This document shows positions 37,441-46,809 of a DNA stretch of 64,000 bases, piece after piece (the stretch's first letter is position 1; each line of letters begins with the position of its first letter). The notes under the pieces were generated by a model. The model worked only from the letters and a program-made list of their open reading frames with translations, had not been told where the DNA came from and made no database searches. The DNA lies in IMG/VR virus record IMGVR_UViG_3300044646_003076; one strand, written 5' to 3'. Source of the DNA: a virus. The translations under genes and the position numbers were made by a program.

Positions 37441-37998
37441 ATGAACGAACTTGACCAGGCTATAGATCCTAACACACCATCAACAATATTAGAACAACTA
37501 GCGACCGATGAGGATTGTGGTGTTCGTTGTTGTGTAGCACAAAATCCAAACACTTCATCAGAAATTCTAGAACAACTAGCAACTAATGATGAATGGTATG
37601 TTCGTTATTATGTATCATATAATCCAAACACATCACCGACAACATTAGAAGTTCTAGCGACAGATGAGGAATATTGGGTTCGTCGTGATGTAGCGTGTCA
37701 TTCAAACACACCACCAACAACATTAGAACAACTAGCGACCGATGTGTATTCTAATGTTCGTCATGGTGTAGCAGATAATCCAAATACTCCACCAAAAGTC
37801 TTAGAAATTCTAGCGACCGATGAGGAATATTGTGTTCGTTGGAGAGTAGCAGATAATCCAAACACACCACCAAAAATCTTAGAACAACTAGCGACCGATG
37901 ATGATTGGGATGTTCGTTGGAGGGTAGCAGGAAATCCAAACACACCACACTATATCAAGAAGTATCTTAAAATTCAAGAACATTTGGCTAGATTATGA
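37441..37998 (+). CDS. LRV/HEAT-like repeat protein G (6 repeats plus C-cap)
   Basis: 78-nt repeats; ends YIKKYLKIQEHLARL. Confidence 0.92.
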   Translation: MNELDQAIDPNTPSTILEQLATDEDCGVRCCVAQNPNTSSEILEQLATNDEWYVRYYVSYNPNTSPTTLEVLATDEEYWVRRDVACHSNTPPTTLEQLATDVYSNVRHGVADNPNTPPKVLEILATDEEYCVRWRVADNPNTPPKILEQLATDDDWDVRWRVAGNPNTPHYIKKYLKIQEHLARL

Positions 37999-38255
37999 AC
38001 AAAAAGAAACTAATACTTCATCTTAATAGTATTCAAAATCTTATTGATACCATAAGACTTGAATTAGAAGAGGAAGAAAATGTTATTGATTCTCAACCAA
38101 ATAATACCATAAGTATTCCAGATTTTATTAGATCCGCTAATGTTGATTTAGAAGATGATGTTCAATATGCAGAAGAATCTGATGACGGACCACCAATACT
38201 GTTGAATAGTAAGGCTGAGCGGGATTTTTATGAAAGATTTAGATTAGGAGATTGA
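37995..38255 (+). CDS. Hypothetical protein
   Basis: Start via ATGA overlap with G; acidic. Confidence 0.6.
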   Translation: MNKKKLILHLNSIQNLIDTIRLELEEEENVIDSQPNNTISIPDFIRSANVDLEDDVQYAEESDDGPPILLNSKAERDFYERFRLGD

Positions 38256-38306
38256 TTGAGATATTATATTTGTGTTTTATGAAACTTGACTGTATAATAA
38301 ATTATT

Positions 38307-38600
38307 ATGATCAAATCGTATCTTGACCAACAACAGAATAATTGGAGAGAATATTGTAATAATTTTCTTTTAGCCGAAAATCCAAACACTTCACCTGAAA
38401 TCCTAGAACAACTAGCGTCTGATGAGAGTTTTTATGTTCGTCGCTGTGTAGCGAGTCATCCAAACACACCACCAAAAGTCCTAGAACAACTAGCGACCGA
38501 TGAGGAATATTATGTTCGTTGGAGTGTAGCACTAAATCCAAACACACCACGCTATCTCAAAAAATATCTTAAAATTCAAGAACATCTAAAAACATTATAA
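38307..38600 (+). CDS. LRV/HEAT-like repeat protein H (2 repeats plus C-cap)
   Basis: 26-aa repeats; ends YLKKYLKIQEHLKTL. Confidence 0.88.
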   Translation: MIKSYLDQQQNNWREYCNNFLLAENPNTSPEILEQLASDESFYVRRCVASHPNTPPKVLEQLATDEEYYVRWSVALNPNTPRYLKKYLKIQEHLKTL

Positions 38601-38625
38601 ACACATCAATCAGGAGAACGTATCA

Positions 38626-39378
38626 ATGATCGGTAAACTACTAGAATCTATTAATAAGCTTCTGCCAAAAAAACAAAATAGCAAAAGTGATCCAGAATTA
38701 CCAAAAGTAAAACTCGTCTCCATTACTCGGGGTGTTGGAGATCTTATGAATACTAGCGCCCAGGAAGTTATTTCATATATTGCCAGAGTGAGTAATCCAA
38801 ATAATCAACTCAATTTTGATACAGCAGAGGGTCTTATTCGTTATTGTATTAAAAACAAACATGTGAGCATTTTTGAACATGCTTATATGACTCTTGAGAT
38901 TAATACAACGAGAGCTATTGCAGCTCAGATTTTAAGACATAGAAGTTTCACATTTCAGGAATATAGTTTACGGTATATGGACATAACCGCTCTTTCCGAT
39001 AATCCATTAATTCCTGAACTAAGACGACAAGATAATAAGAATCGGCAAAATTCTATTGATGATTTTTCCGAAGATGAGCAATTAAAAATGCAAAAAGAGA
39101 TTCAGCAGTATTTTGATACTGGTATGAAGCTTTATGAAAAATTACTCTCAAACGGTGTCGCAAAAGAGTGTGCAAGATTTATTCTGCCATTATCAACTCC
39201 AACAAGAATTTATATGACGGGTAACGTAAGATCCTGGATAACTTATATTGCTCTTAGAGAAAAAAATGGAACTCAGAAGGAACATAAGGACATCGCCAAG
39301 GCATGTAAAGAAATCTTTGCGGAGCAGTTTCCAACCTGTTATGAGGCTCTCGGAGGAGACGAAGAATGGGCTATCTAG
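38626..39378 (+). CDS. thyX: Flavin-dependent thymidylate synthase
   Basis: RHRSFTFQEYSLRY (RHRx7SxR) motif; SIFEH; ARFILP. Confidence 0.96.
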   Translation: MIGKLLESINKLLPKKQNSKSDPELPKVKLVSITRGVGDLMNTSAQEVISYIARVSNPNNQLNFDTAEGLIRYCIKNKHVSIFEHAYMTLEINTTRAIAAQILRHRSFTFQEYSLRYMDITALSDNPLIPELRRQDNKNRQNSIDDFSEDEQLKMQKEIQQYFDTGMKLYEKLLSNGVAKECARFILPLSTPTRIYMTGNVRSWITYIALREKNGTQKEHKDIAKACKEIFAEQFPTCYEALGGDEEWAI

Positions 39379-40298
39379 AATACTTACAACAATACCGTGA
39401 AAAATATCATTTAGATGATATCTTCAATCACGATAATAGCGCCGATGAAGAACAAGTAACGGAGTATATTGGGGAATTATGTGGATGGTCTGGCGAATTC
39501 CTTTGTTTGTGGTATGGCGAACATAGGGACAAATATTACAAAAGTGGAAGGTCGTTTCCGGCCAATATCTATAGGTTTATTGTAAAAAATAGTGTATTAG
39601 AAAATACTCTTAAAAAACCGAAGGACATTGATTATCTTACCAGATTCTTAGTAACAACATTAGATCATCCTGATTGTCTTATTTTAGATTCAATCGCAAA
39701 AGAGAATAATCCATTAATAAACAAAAACATCTCACGCCACAAGAATACATCTAGCGACACTTTATTGTATCTTGCATCTTATAGTTTCCTTGGATTTAAT
39801 ATTTTTAATAATAAAAATTCAAATGATGATGTTTTATTGGAAGTAACTAATACCATATTGCGCGATTTAAGCAATAAAATTTACGAGGATATAATTCCAG
39901 AAAATGGGGACTGGGGAATTGATCAAGATATAGAAAGTTACATTAGAGAATATAAGCCCGGATTTCACTTCGTTCGTCATAGAACCTTAGATAAAATGGA
40001 ATGGGTCGCCCAGCATTTTAAAATCACCGAAAGTATTTGTAATAAAATTATTTCGGCAGATCAGGAAACACTAAAAACTTTAGAATGGTATCACATTTTT
40101 TATGCTATGGGTCGGAATCCTTTTACACCAGAAACAATTTTAGAAATACTTTCTGAACGGAAACCCTTGACTACATTTAAACCCTCAAGCCTAATCGGCG
40201 TTCTTGAAAATCCCAATGCACCCGAGCATATATTAGAAAAACATTTAGATCATTACCCCAATATAAAACATTGGAGATATGTTAATTTCGGAAAATAA
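39366..40298 (+). CDS. Hypothetical protein with degenerate LRV-like motifs
   Basis: SRHKNTSSDTLLYLA, GRNPFTPETILEILS, LENPNAPEHIL. Confidence 0.6.
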   Translation: MGYLEYLQQYREKYHLDDIFNHDNSADEEQVTEYIGELCGWSGEFLCLWYGEHRDKYYKSGRSFPANIYRFIVKNSVLENTLKKPKDIDYLTRFLVTTLDHPDCLILDSIAKENNPLINKNISRHKNTSSDTLLYLASYSFLGFNIFNNKNSNDDVLLEVTNTILRDLSNKIYEDIIPENGDWGIDQDIESYIREYKPGFHFVRHRTLDKMEWVAQHFKITESICNKIISADQETLKTLEWYHIFYAMGRNPFTPETILEILSERKPLTTFKPSSLIGVLENPNAPEHILEKHLDHYPNIKHWRYVNFGK

Positions 40299-40384
40299 TC
40301 TTCCTTCTTTCGCATAGATAGTTCATAATAACAAAGGAAATGAAGAATGGACAATCTAAATAACGTCACATATTATTAAATCTT

Positions 40385-40627
40385 ATGGCAATTTATCCTA
40401 TTAAAAATAAAGAAACAGGTGAAACAAAAGTGATTGAAATGAGTGTTCATGAGATCACACAATGGTACAAGAACAATCCTCAATGGCAACGAGATTGGTC
40501 ACAAGGATGTGCGACACCAGCCGAAGTTGGAGAATGGCGAGACAAACTCGCTAAGGCACATCCTAGTTGGAATGAAGTTTTAGGCAAAGTCAGTAAGGCA
40601 CCAAATTCAAAAGTAAAAAAGATCTAA
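40385..40627 (+). CDS. Conserved cyanophage hypothetical protein
   Basis: MAIYPIKNKETGE...WNEVLGKVSKAP; TAAATA at 40357. Confidence 0.75.
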   Translation: MAIYPIKNKETGETKVIEMSVHEITQWYKNNPQWQRDWSQGCATPAEVGEWRDKLAKAHPSWNEVLGKVSKAPNSKVKKI

Positions 40628-40632
40628 TCTCT

Positions 40633-41385
40633 ATGGCAAGAAAAAGAAAGAGTTCACAACAAGTCGGCATTAGTACAGCATATAAGAATAGAAGAAAACC
40701 CCAACAAATCACACTGGATCAGATGGTTGAATTGCAGCCATTGACCGATAATCAAGAAAAACTTTTTGACTCTTACGATAAAGGTAAATGTATTGTCGCT
40801 CATGGCGCCGCCGGTACAGGAAAGAGTCTTATTACCATCTATAAGGCTCTTGAAGAAGTATTGGATCCATCAACACCTTACGAAAAAGTTATTATTGTTC
40901 GCTCTATTGTTCCAACAAGAGATATTGGCTTTCTTAAGGGTTCTATTGAAGATAAGCAATCAGAATACGAAAAGCCATACAAGTACATGATTAAAAAGCT
41001 TTTCAATCTGAATTCCGATGAAGAATATGAGCTTCTTTATGCTAATCTAAAAGCACAAAAGTCATTCTATTTCATGTCAACAAGCTTCATTCGCGGAATG
41101 ACTTTTGATGATTGTATTATTATTGTGGATGAATTCCAAAATCTTTCTGGTCATGAACTTGATTCAATAATCACTCGTATTGGAGAAAACTCCAAGATTA
41201 TGTTCTGTGGTGATGTCACACAATCTGATTTGATTAAAACAAATGATAGAAATGGTATTATTGATTTTATGAAGATTTTGAGAGAGATGCCATCGGTTGA
41301 TATTATTGAATTTCAACTAGAAGATGTTGTGCGCTCTGGATTTGTTAAGGAATATCTCACTGTTAAATATAGTCTTAATTTATGA
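40633..41385 (+). CDS. phoH: PhoH-family ATPase
   Basis: GAAGTGKS, FIRGMTFD, VDEFQN, GDVTQSD, VVRSGFVKEY. Confidence 0.95.
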   Translation: MARKRKSSQQVGISTAYKNRRKPQQITLDQMVELQPLTDNQEKLFDSYDKGKCIVAHGAAGTGKSLITIYKALEEVLDPSTPYEKVIIVRSIVPTRDIGFLKGSIEDKQSEYEKPYKYMIKKLFNLNSDEEYELLYANLKAQKSFYFMSTSFIRGMTFDDCIIIVDEFQNLSGHELDSIITRIGENSKIMFCGDVTQSDLIKTNDRNGIIDFMKILREMPSVDIIEFQLEDVVRSGFVKEYLTVKYSLNL

Positions 41386-41500
41386 TAAGTGAAAACCCAA
41401 AGTGTATTAAATCTTGAAATCTTATGTATATTATCAGCTACTTCTCAATGTGACTGATAATTATTCCACCTCAAAACCCACTTGACAAAACCGGCTTCCT

Positions 41501-41827
41501 GTGCTAGGCTGGAAGCCGTTTCAAAAAGACCTCATGGACAATCCAGCATACCAAAAGAGATATCATTTCGACGTGTTAGATCTCGATTGTGAAATATCTT
41601 TGTTACCCGATGAACTAGGAGTAGAAATTAGCATTGAACATGATTATATGCTAGCCGATAATGCCTATATGATAAAAAAAGATAAGTGGGGATGGGAAGG
41701 TGGTCTCATTGCTGATGAAAAAGATATTAAATATTCTGACTCCATTTTAAAATATCTTAATGAGAATGGAACACCTTTTGATGATGTTATTTTGCAAGCT
41801 AGAAAAGAGTTAATATTAAATGAATAA
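41501..41827 (+). CDS. Hypothetical protein (start probably ~41534)
   Basis: Acidic ORF behind a TTGACA...TGCTAGGCT promoter-like site. Confidence 0.55.
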   Translation: MLGWKPFQKDLMDNPAYQKRYHFDVLDLDCEISLLPDELGVEISIEHDYMLADNAYMIKKDKWGWEGGLIADEKDIKYSDSILKYLNENGTPFDDVILQARKELILNE

Positions 41828-41986
41828 TTCAATACCTCTCTGAAAGATAATGAAAGTTCCACTAACACCACTGATGAAGAAACTTCTTCAAGATAAAGAA
41901 GCGAGTGAACAACTCCAACAAGCTCTAATAGATCACAATAAAACAATAACAGTTGACGGTAAAACATATAAATTAGAATCTATTTA

Positions 41987-43003
41987 ATGGAAAGAAAAAT
42001 ATTCAACCACAATCCAATAACACTACCAAAATTAAAACAGGTTAACGTTCCGGGACTTCGTTATTACACAACAGAAAGTAGTAAAAACAAGTTCGTCTCA
42101 ATTACGTCTATCATTTCTCATAACACAAAACATAAATTCGTCAAATGGCGAAAAGATGTTGGAGAAAAAGAGGCAAATAGAGTCACTAATCGTTCAACAC
42201 TAAGAGGAACCAAAACCCACTCGCTTATTGAGGCATATGTTGGAAATGAAGAACAACCTCTTTTAGAAAGCATCTTTAAACCAGAAGAAGACGAAAAAAT
42301 TGAAAGGCTTCTTAATCCTTACGATAGAATCTGCGCTCTGAATAATAAGCTGGTCATAGAGATCTTTAAAAATAGCGAAAATCTATTGAGAGTTAAAATC
42401 TCAGGAAACAATAAATCAGCTAATCTTTTTCTAGATCTCATCTACGACCAATTCGGTGAGATTCTTTTTGAGCCTGGTACCAATCCAGATGGCTACAATA
42501 AACACATTTTAGTTCAGGCCGAGTATCAAAATTTTATTGATTTTTCTCTTGAATCTATTGATGGTGCTACACTCTATCCCGAGACAGTAGAATCTTATAA
42601 AAATCTGCCTTTTAGGCTCTTTGATAATCTTAGACCGGAACTCAATAAAATTGATAACGTTCTGGGTATTGAGATTCCTCTTTATAGTGAATACTTTGGA
42701 ATCGCTGGAACTTCTGACTGTATTGCGGAATATAATGGAATTCTGAGTATCATTGACTATAAGACTTCCGATTATATCAAACGTAAAGAATGGATTCTAG
42801 ATTATTTTGTACAGGCTGTTGCTTATCGCTACATGTTAAAGGAGCGAACGGGATTAGATGCACAGCAACTTGTTATTTTTATGGCTGCGGAAAACGGAGA
42901 GATCAAGCCTTTTATTGAGACCGATTTCACTCCTTATTCTAAGAAACTTGTTCAATATATCAATAATTACAAAAATGAAAAAATCAAAGAAGTTGAATCT
43001 TGA
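41987..43003 (+). CDS. PD-(D/E)XK exonuclease (cyanophage exonuclease A type) with ~110-aa insertion
   Basis: RYYT, VSITSII, WRK.VGE.EAN, RGT..HSLIE; E.PLYS, AGTSDC, IIDYKTS. Confidence 0.85.
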   Translation: MERKIFNHNPITLPKLKQVNVPGLRYYTTESSKNKFVSITSIISHNTKHKFVKWRKDVGEKEANRVTNRSTLRGTKTHSLIEAYVGNEEQPLLESIFKPEEDEKIERLLNPYDRICALNNKLVIEIFKNSENLLRVKISGNNKSANLFLDLIYDQFGEILFEPGTNPDGYNKHILVQAEYQNFIDFSLESIDGATLYPETVESYKNLPFRLFDNLRPELNKIDNVLGIEIPLYSEYFGIAGTSDCIAEYNGILSIIDYKTSDYIKRKEWILDYFVQAVAYRYMLKERTGLDAQQLVIFMAAENGEIKPFIETDFTPYSKKLVQYINNYKNEKIKEVES

Positions 43004-43256
43004 TCAGGAACTAGAGAAAGAGTACAATAAGAAGTTCATCTCACAAGAAAAGTTTGCAGAACAGATTGAACAATATTGTCATGACAATGGTTATGAGAAT
43101 TACATTTCTGCAATAGCCGATTATTGTGAGCTTAATAATATTGATATTGATTCTGTTCCCAAGCTAATATCAAAACAATTCAAACAAAAGATTCAACATC
43201 AGGCAACGAAACTGAATTTTCTAAAGATTAAACCTCTACCAGAATTACCAATTTGA
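42975..43256 (+). CDS. gp33: Late-transcription coactivator gp33-like
   Basis: QEKFAEQIE...YISAIADYCE.N.IDIDSVPKLISK..K.KI...A.KLNFLK; position before gp59. Confidence 0.75.
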   Translation: MKKSKKLNLDQELEKEYNKKFISQEKFAEQIEQYCHDNGYENYISAIADYCELNNIDIDSVPKLISKQFKQKIQHQATKLNFLKIKPLPELPI

Positions 43257-43849
43257 AGCCGACACCATATGAATGTTACACAATATATCTTGCCTTAAAA
43301 CAACATTTCTCCAATGAGAATTACGACTTCTTTCAATACAATGGAAAAGTCAGAACATCAATAAAAACTTATAACAAAAGAAACGACCGATATTTTTTTG
43401 AGAAACTGAGCAGAAAATACGACAAACAAGAAATCATTGAGTATTTTGCTGCATCATTTATTATGGCTCCAGATCCGGGAAACTTATGGATCGGAGATTT
43501 AAGAACAAAAGGTGAAGAAAATTATAATACCTGGAAAGCTAACACATCATCGCTCGCTTATAGATTCAATGAAGAGATAAAAAGTCTTACAGAATCAAAA
43601 CATCTATATGAGTGTGTGAAGTTTATTGACAATAAACATCCGCAGATTATCAAAGCTTTTCTGAGAAACGAAGTGTCATTAGAGACTTTGTTTATACTTG
43701 AAGATATTCTACATTTTATGAAAAGTTCCGATTATGATCCGATTCTAAAATTGATTGAATTTAAGATCAAAAAATATCGTCCGTTCTTTGAATATAACAA
43801 ACCATATTTCATAGAACAGATGAAGACCATATGCTTTCAGACGAGTTAG
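43253..43849 (+). CDS. gp59: Helicase loader gp59-like
   Basis: YLALKQHF...YDFFQYNGKVR...KRNDRYFFEKLSRKY. Confidence 0.85.
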   Translation: MKPTPYECYTIYLALKQHFSNENYDFFQYNGKVRTSIKTYNKRNDRYFFEKLSRKYDKQEIIEYFAASFIMAPDPGNLWIGDLRTKGEENYNTWKANTSSLAYRFNEEIKSLTESKHLYECVKFIDNKHPQIIKAFLRNEVSLETLFILEDILHFMKSSDYDPILKLIEFKIKKYRPFFEYNKPYFIEQMKTICFQTS

Positions 43850-44415
43850 TAGAAGAGATAGAAAGACGAGTAAGAGATCATCATAAACTGTACGATTTAA
43901 GTGTAAAAGGTGAATATTGGGAAGAGATTTTAGCGAAGTCAATAATTGTAACCGGAGGACAATCAGATTGGCTAGCGGAAAGAACACACACAATCGGTAA
44001 AGATCAGATCTGCAGTTGGGGATCTTACGAGAACAAAAGAATATCAAACAAAAGCGGAGTCTATACGATTTCCTCAAATACATTAAAAATCAATGGTTCA
44101 AGAAGCACCACTTATTCAACATTAGAAGATAAGATCGCTTATTTTTCAGATAAAAAAGAAGACTTCTATTTTTGCCTTGCCACATCAACACTCAAGAAAG
44201 ATTTAAATTATTATCTATTTTGTTTTGAGACAAATATTCTTGATTATAAAAAAGCTGATTGGCAAGAGCATTACAATGATAAAAAAGAGCTTATGGGTTG
44301 GAAGTGTACAACACCAATCTACAATGCCTGGATTAAACGTAATATGTCAGATCAATTATGGACACACATAAAATTGGATGTCGCTAATATTAAACCCACA
44401 TGCATAACACGATAA
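43831..44415 (+). CDS. Putative restriction-endonuclease-like protein
   Basis: Overlaps an MTase gene; E..EE...D...(S)NKS spacing loosely like PD-(D/E)xK; no firm family match. Confidence 0.4.
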   Translation: MLSDELVEEIERRVRDHHKLYDLSVKGEYWEEILAKSIIVTGGQSDWLAERTHTIGKDQICSWGSYENKRISNKSGVYTISSNTLKINGSRSTTYSTLEDKIAYFSDKKEDFYFCLATSTLKKDLNYYLFCFETNILDYKKADWQEHYNDKKELMGWKCTTPIYNAWIKRNMSDQLWTHIKLDVANIKPTCITR

Positions 44416-45158
44416 GATTATTCCACGGTGATTGTCTAGATTTATTACCTCAGATAGAAGATAATTCGGTTGATATGGTGATGTGTGATCTGCCTTATGA
44501 GAAAACCATCTTATCCTGGGATTCCATTATTGATCTGAATAGATTATGGCCGGAATACAACAGAATCTGTAAGCTCAATGCAGCCATGGTCTTTACCGCA
44601 GTACAGCCATTCACTTCATTATTAGTTCAATCCAATGTTGCTAATTTTCGTTATGAATGGATCTGGGAAAAACCACAAGGAACCAATCCTCTCAATAAGG
44701 ATTCCATGCCTTTGAGATCACATGAAAATATTTTGGTCTTTTATCGCAAACCACCTATCTACAATCCACAGATGGAAAAGGGTAGTCCCTACAAGGGTTT
44801 CAGCTCACAGAAATCCAAAATCGGGGAAGTCTATGGTTCAGCCAAAAGTATGCACCGAGACAATGAAGAAGGCACAAGATATCCAAAAACCGTTCTTAAA
44901 TTTAAGCAAGAAAAAGGATTACATCCAACTCAGAAACCAGTTTCTTTGATGGAATATCTAATTAGAACCTACACCAATGAAAATGCTGTTATTCTAGATA
45001 ATACAATGGGAAGTGGAACAACTGGAGATGCAAGTCTTAGAAGTGGTAGAAACTTTATAGGAATGGAGAAAGAACTAGAATACTATAATATTGCAGAAAA
45101 GAGACTTAAAGAGCAATCCATAAGATCCCAGATGAATATTATGGATCTTTTAACCTAA
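44400..45158 (+). CDS. N6-adenine/N4-cytosine DNA methyltransferase, beta class
   Basis: GDCL, motif IV DLPY, HPTQKP, motif I LDNTMGSGTTG, FIGMEKE. Confidence 0.92.
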   Translation: MHNTIRLFHGDCLDLLPQIEDNSVDMVMCDLPYEKTILSWDSIIDLNRLWPEYNRICKLNAAMVFTAVQPFTSLLVQSNVANFRYEWIWEKPQGTNPLNKDSMPLRSHENILVFYRKPPIYNPQMEKGSPYKGFSSQKSKIGEVYGSAKSMHRDNEEGTRYPKTVLKFKQEKGLHPTQKPVSLMEYLIRTYTNENAVILDNTMGSGTTGDASLRSGRNFIGMEKELEYYNIAEKRLKEQSIRSQMNIMDLLT

Positions 45159-45175
45159 TAACATCACAAAAAATT

Positions 45176-45790
45176 ATGCGAGAATTTACACCAAATCAGG
45201 CAATTGTTGATCCTGAAACACACGAAAAAGTAGTTAAACTATTTGATAAGATTAAAGAAGAGGCAGAAAAATCCAAGTGGGTATGGGAAGATGTTCCACC
45301 AGAGGAAGAAGAATATATTGAATCATATAATATTAGTTTTGATTTTGATGCATCAGCAATTTTAGCGAAAGAAATTAAAGATCGGGAAAATCTAACACCA
45401 TGGAAAACTGAGATAATAAAACATGAGAATTCTGTGAGAACATATTATGGGCAATTTAAAACAGAAGAAAGTTATAAAAATTATCTAAGTGAATGTGAAA
45501 AATATACTAAAGAAATTGAGCCCTATATTTTTGGTTATTGTGGTGCTGCGCATGGAATCTATAAAAACAAGTTATTAGAATTTCAGACGCTCAAATTTAA
45601 ATCTTTTGATAATCTGATTACACATCTTAAAAAATTAACTGAAGATAAAAATATCATTCTATTACGCTTTCGGTATTCATATTTTGAGATTGAAACTATT
45701 CTTGATGATAAACTCAACATTAAGGATAATATTGAATTAGAAAAACCAGAATATTACTTCATTATCAGATTCGCTCTTGTAGACAAGTAA
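45176..45790 (+). CDS. Hypothetical protein
   Basis: 204-aa packed ORF. Confidence 0.6.
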   Translation: MREFTPNQAIVDPETHEKVVKLFDKIKEEAEKSKWVWEDVPPEEEEYIESYNISFDFDASAILAKEIKDRENLTPWKTEIIKHENSVRTYYGQFKTEESYKNYLSECEKYTKEIEPYIFGYCGAAHGIYKNKLLEFQTLKFKSFDNLITHLKKLTEDKNIILLRFRYSYFEIETILDDKLNIKDNIELEKPEYYFIIRFALVDK

Positions 45791-45814
45791 AATTTTGTGA
45801 TCTGGATACACTAA

Positions 45815-45879
45815 TAAATAAATATGGGTTGGTAAACCCACCAAAGAAGCTTCCGGTTTAACGCTATCTAAAAACAAAA
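45815..45879 (+). promoter_or_regulatory. Late promoter(s) and hairpin leader of gene 32
   Basis: TAAATAAATA, then TGGGTT-GGTA-AACCCA hairpin, then A-rich stretch before the ATG. Confidence 0.5.
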
Positions 45880-46809
45880 ATGAAAGATTTTAAGCAACTA
45901 AAGAAAGCATCTTCTCTTGGTACTCTAACTGAGAAACTGATTAAAGATGCACAAACAATGAATAGTTCACTGAAAGATGAACGTATCTTCAATGTAGAAC
46001 GAGATAAATCCGGTCTAGGTTATGCCGTTGTGCGATTTATGCCAGCTCCTCCCAATGAAGAAGCTGCTTTCGTGAAACTGTATAATCACGGCTTCAAGGG
46101 TAACAGTCGCTGGTTTGTTGAAAACTGTCCGACTACTCTCGGACAAGATTGTCATGTATGTTTCGAAAATTCTTTACTCTATAACTCCGGTGTAGACGCC
46201 AATAAGAAAATCGCATCTAGTCGTAAGCGTAAACTGAGCTATTACAGTAATGTTTACATCGTTAAAAATCCTTCTAATCCTGCACTAGAAGGAACCGTAA
46301 TGCTCTATCGTTATGGTAAAAAAATTTATGATAAAGTGATGTCGGCACTAAAGCCAGAATTTGAAGACGAAACTCCAGTAGATCCCTTTGATCTTTGGGG
46401 TGGTGCAAACTTCAAAATCAAAGTGAAGACGGTAAAAGAATCTTCTGGTGAATCATATCCAAATTACGATGATAGTTCGTTTGAATCTCCTGCACCACTT
46501 CTGGGCGGTGATGATGCAAAACTAGAAGCTGTTTGGAAACAATGTTATTCTCTATCGGATCTTATTTCCGCTGATAAATTCCGTTCTTATGATGATCTTC
46601 GGACTCGCTTCAATCGGGTAACTGGATCAACTTCGGAAGCTTCTGTTCAACGACAAGAGGCTGAACTGGAAGAGGTAGCTCAGGCAGTGAATGATGATAA
46701 CATTATGGAAGAACTTGAGGCTCATTATAAGCGCCAAACTTCTAGCTCTGAAGACTCACTCTTTGATGATCCACTCAAAGCCTTTGAAGAACTGAATGAT
46801 GACGACTAA
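45880..46809 (+). CDS. gp32: Single-stranded DNA-binding protein gp32
   Basis: GYAVVRFMPAP, HGFKG..RWFVENC.TTLGQDC.VC, YYSNVYIVKNP, GANFKIK, acidic tail. Confidence 0.96.
   Translation: MKDFKQLKKASSLGTLTEKLIKDAQTMNSSLKDERIFNVERDKSGLGYAVVRFMPAPPNEEAAFVKLYNHGFKGNSRWFVENCPTTLGQDCHVCFENSLLYNSGVDANKKIASSRKRKLSYYSNVYIVKNPSNPALEGTVMLYRYGKKIYDKVMSALKPEFEDETPVDPFDLWGGANFKIKVKTVKESSGESYPNYDDSSFESPAPLLGGDDAKLEAVWKQCYSLSDLISADKFRSYDDLRTRFNRVTGSTSEASVQRQEAELEEVAQAVNDDNIMEELEAHYKRQTSSSEDSLFDDPLKAFEELNDDD

Noticed and set aside
38285-38298. TTGACT-TATAAT as a sigma70 promoter
   Set aside because: Spacing is only 1-2 nt rather than ~17
20810-38600. Diversity-generating retroelement as the source of repeat variation
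   Set aside because: No reverse transcriptase or non-coding template repeat in the window; variable codons include TGG, CCT, GGG and CTG, not an adenine-only pattern. A distant RT cannot be excluded
20810-38600. TALE/PPR-like one-repeat-one-base nucleic acid code
   Set aside because: Arrays of 2-6 repeats are too short for specific base reading, the scaffold is acidic, and six positions vary rather than two; protein binding is more plausible, though untested
42270-42600. Intein in the exonuclease
   Set aside because: No C/S start paired with a terminal HN-C/S/T, and no LAGLIDADG motif
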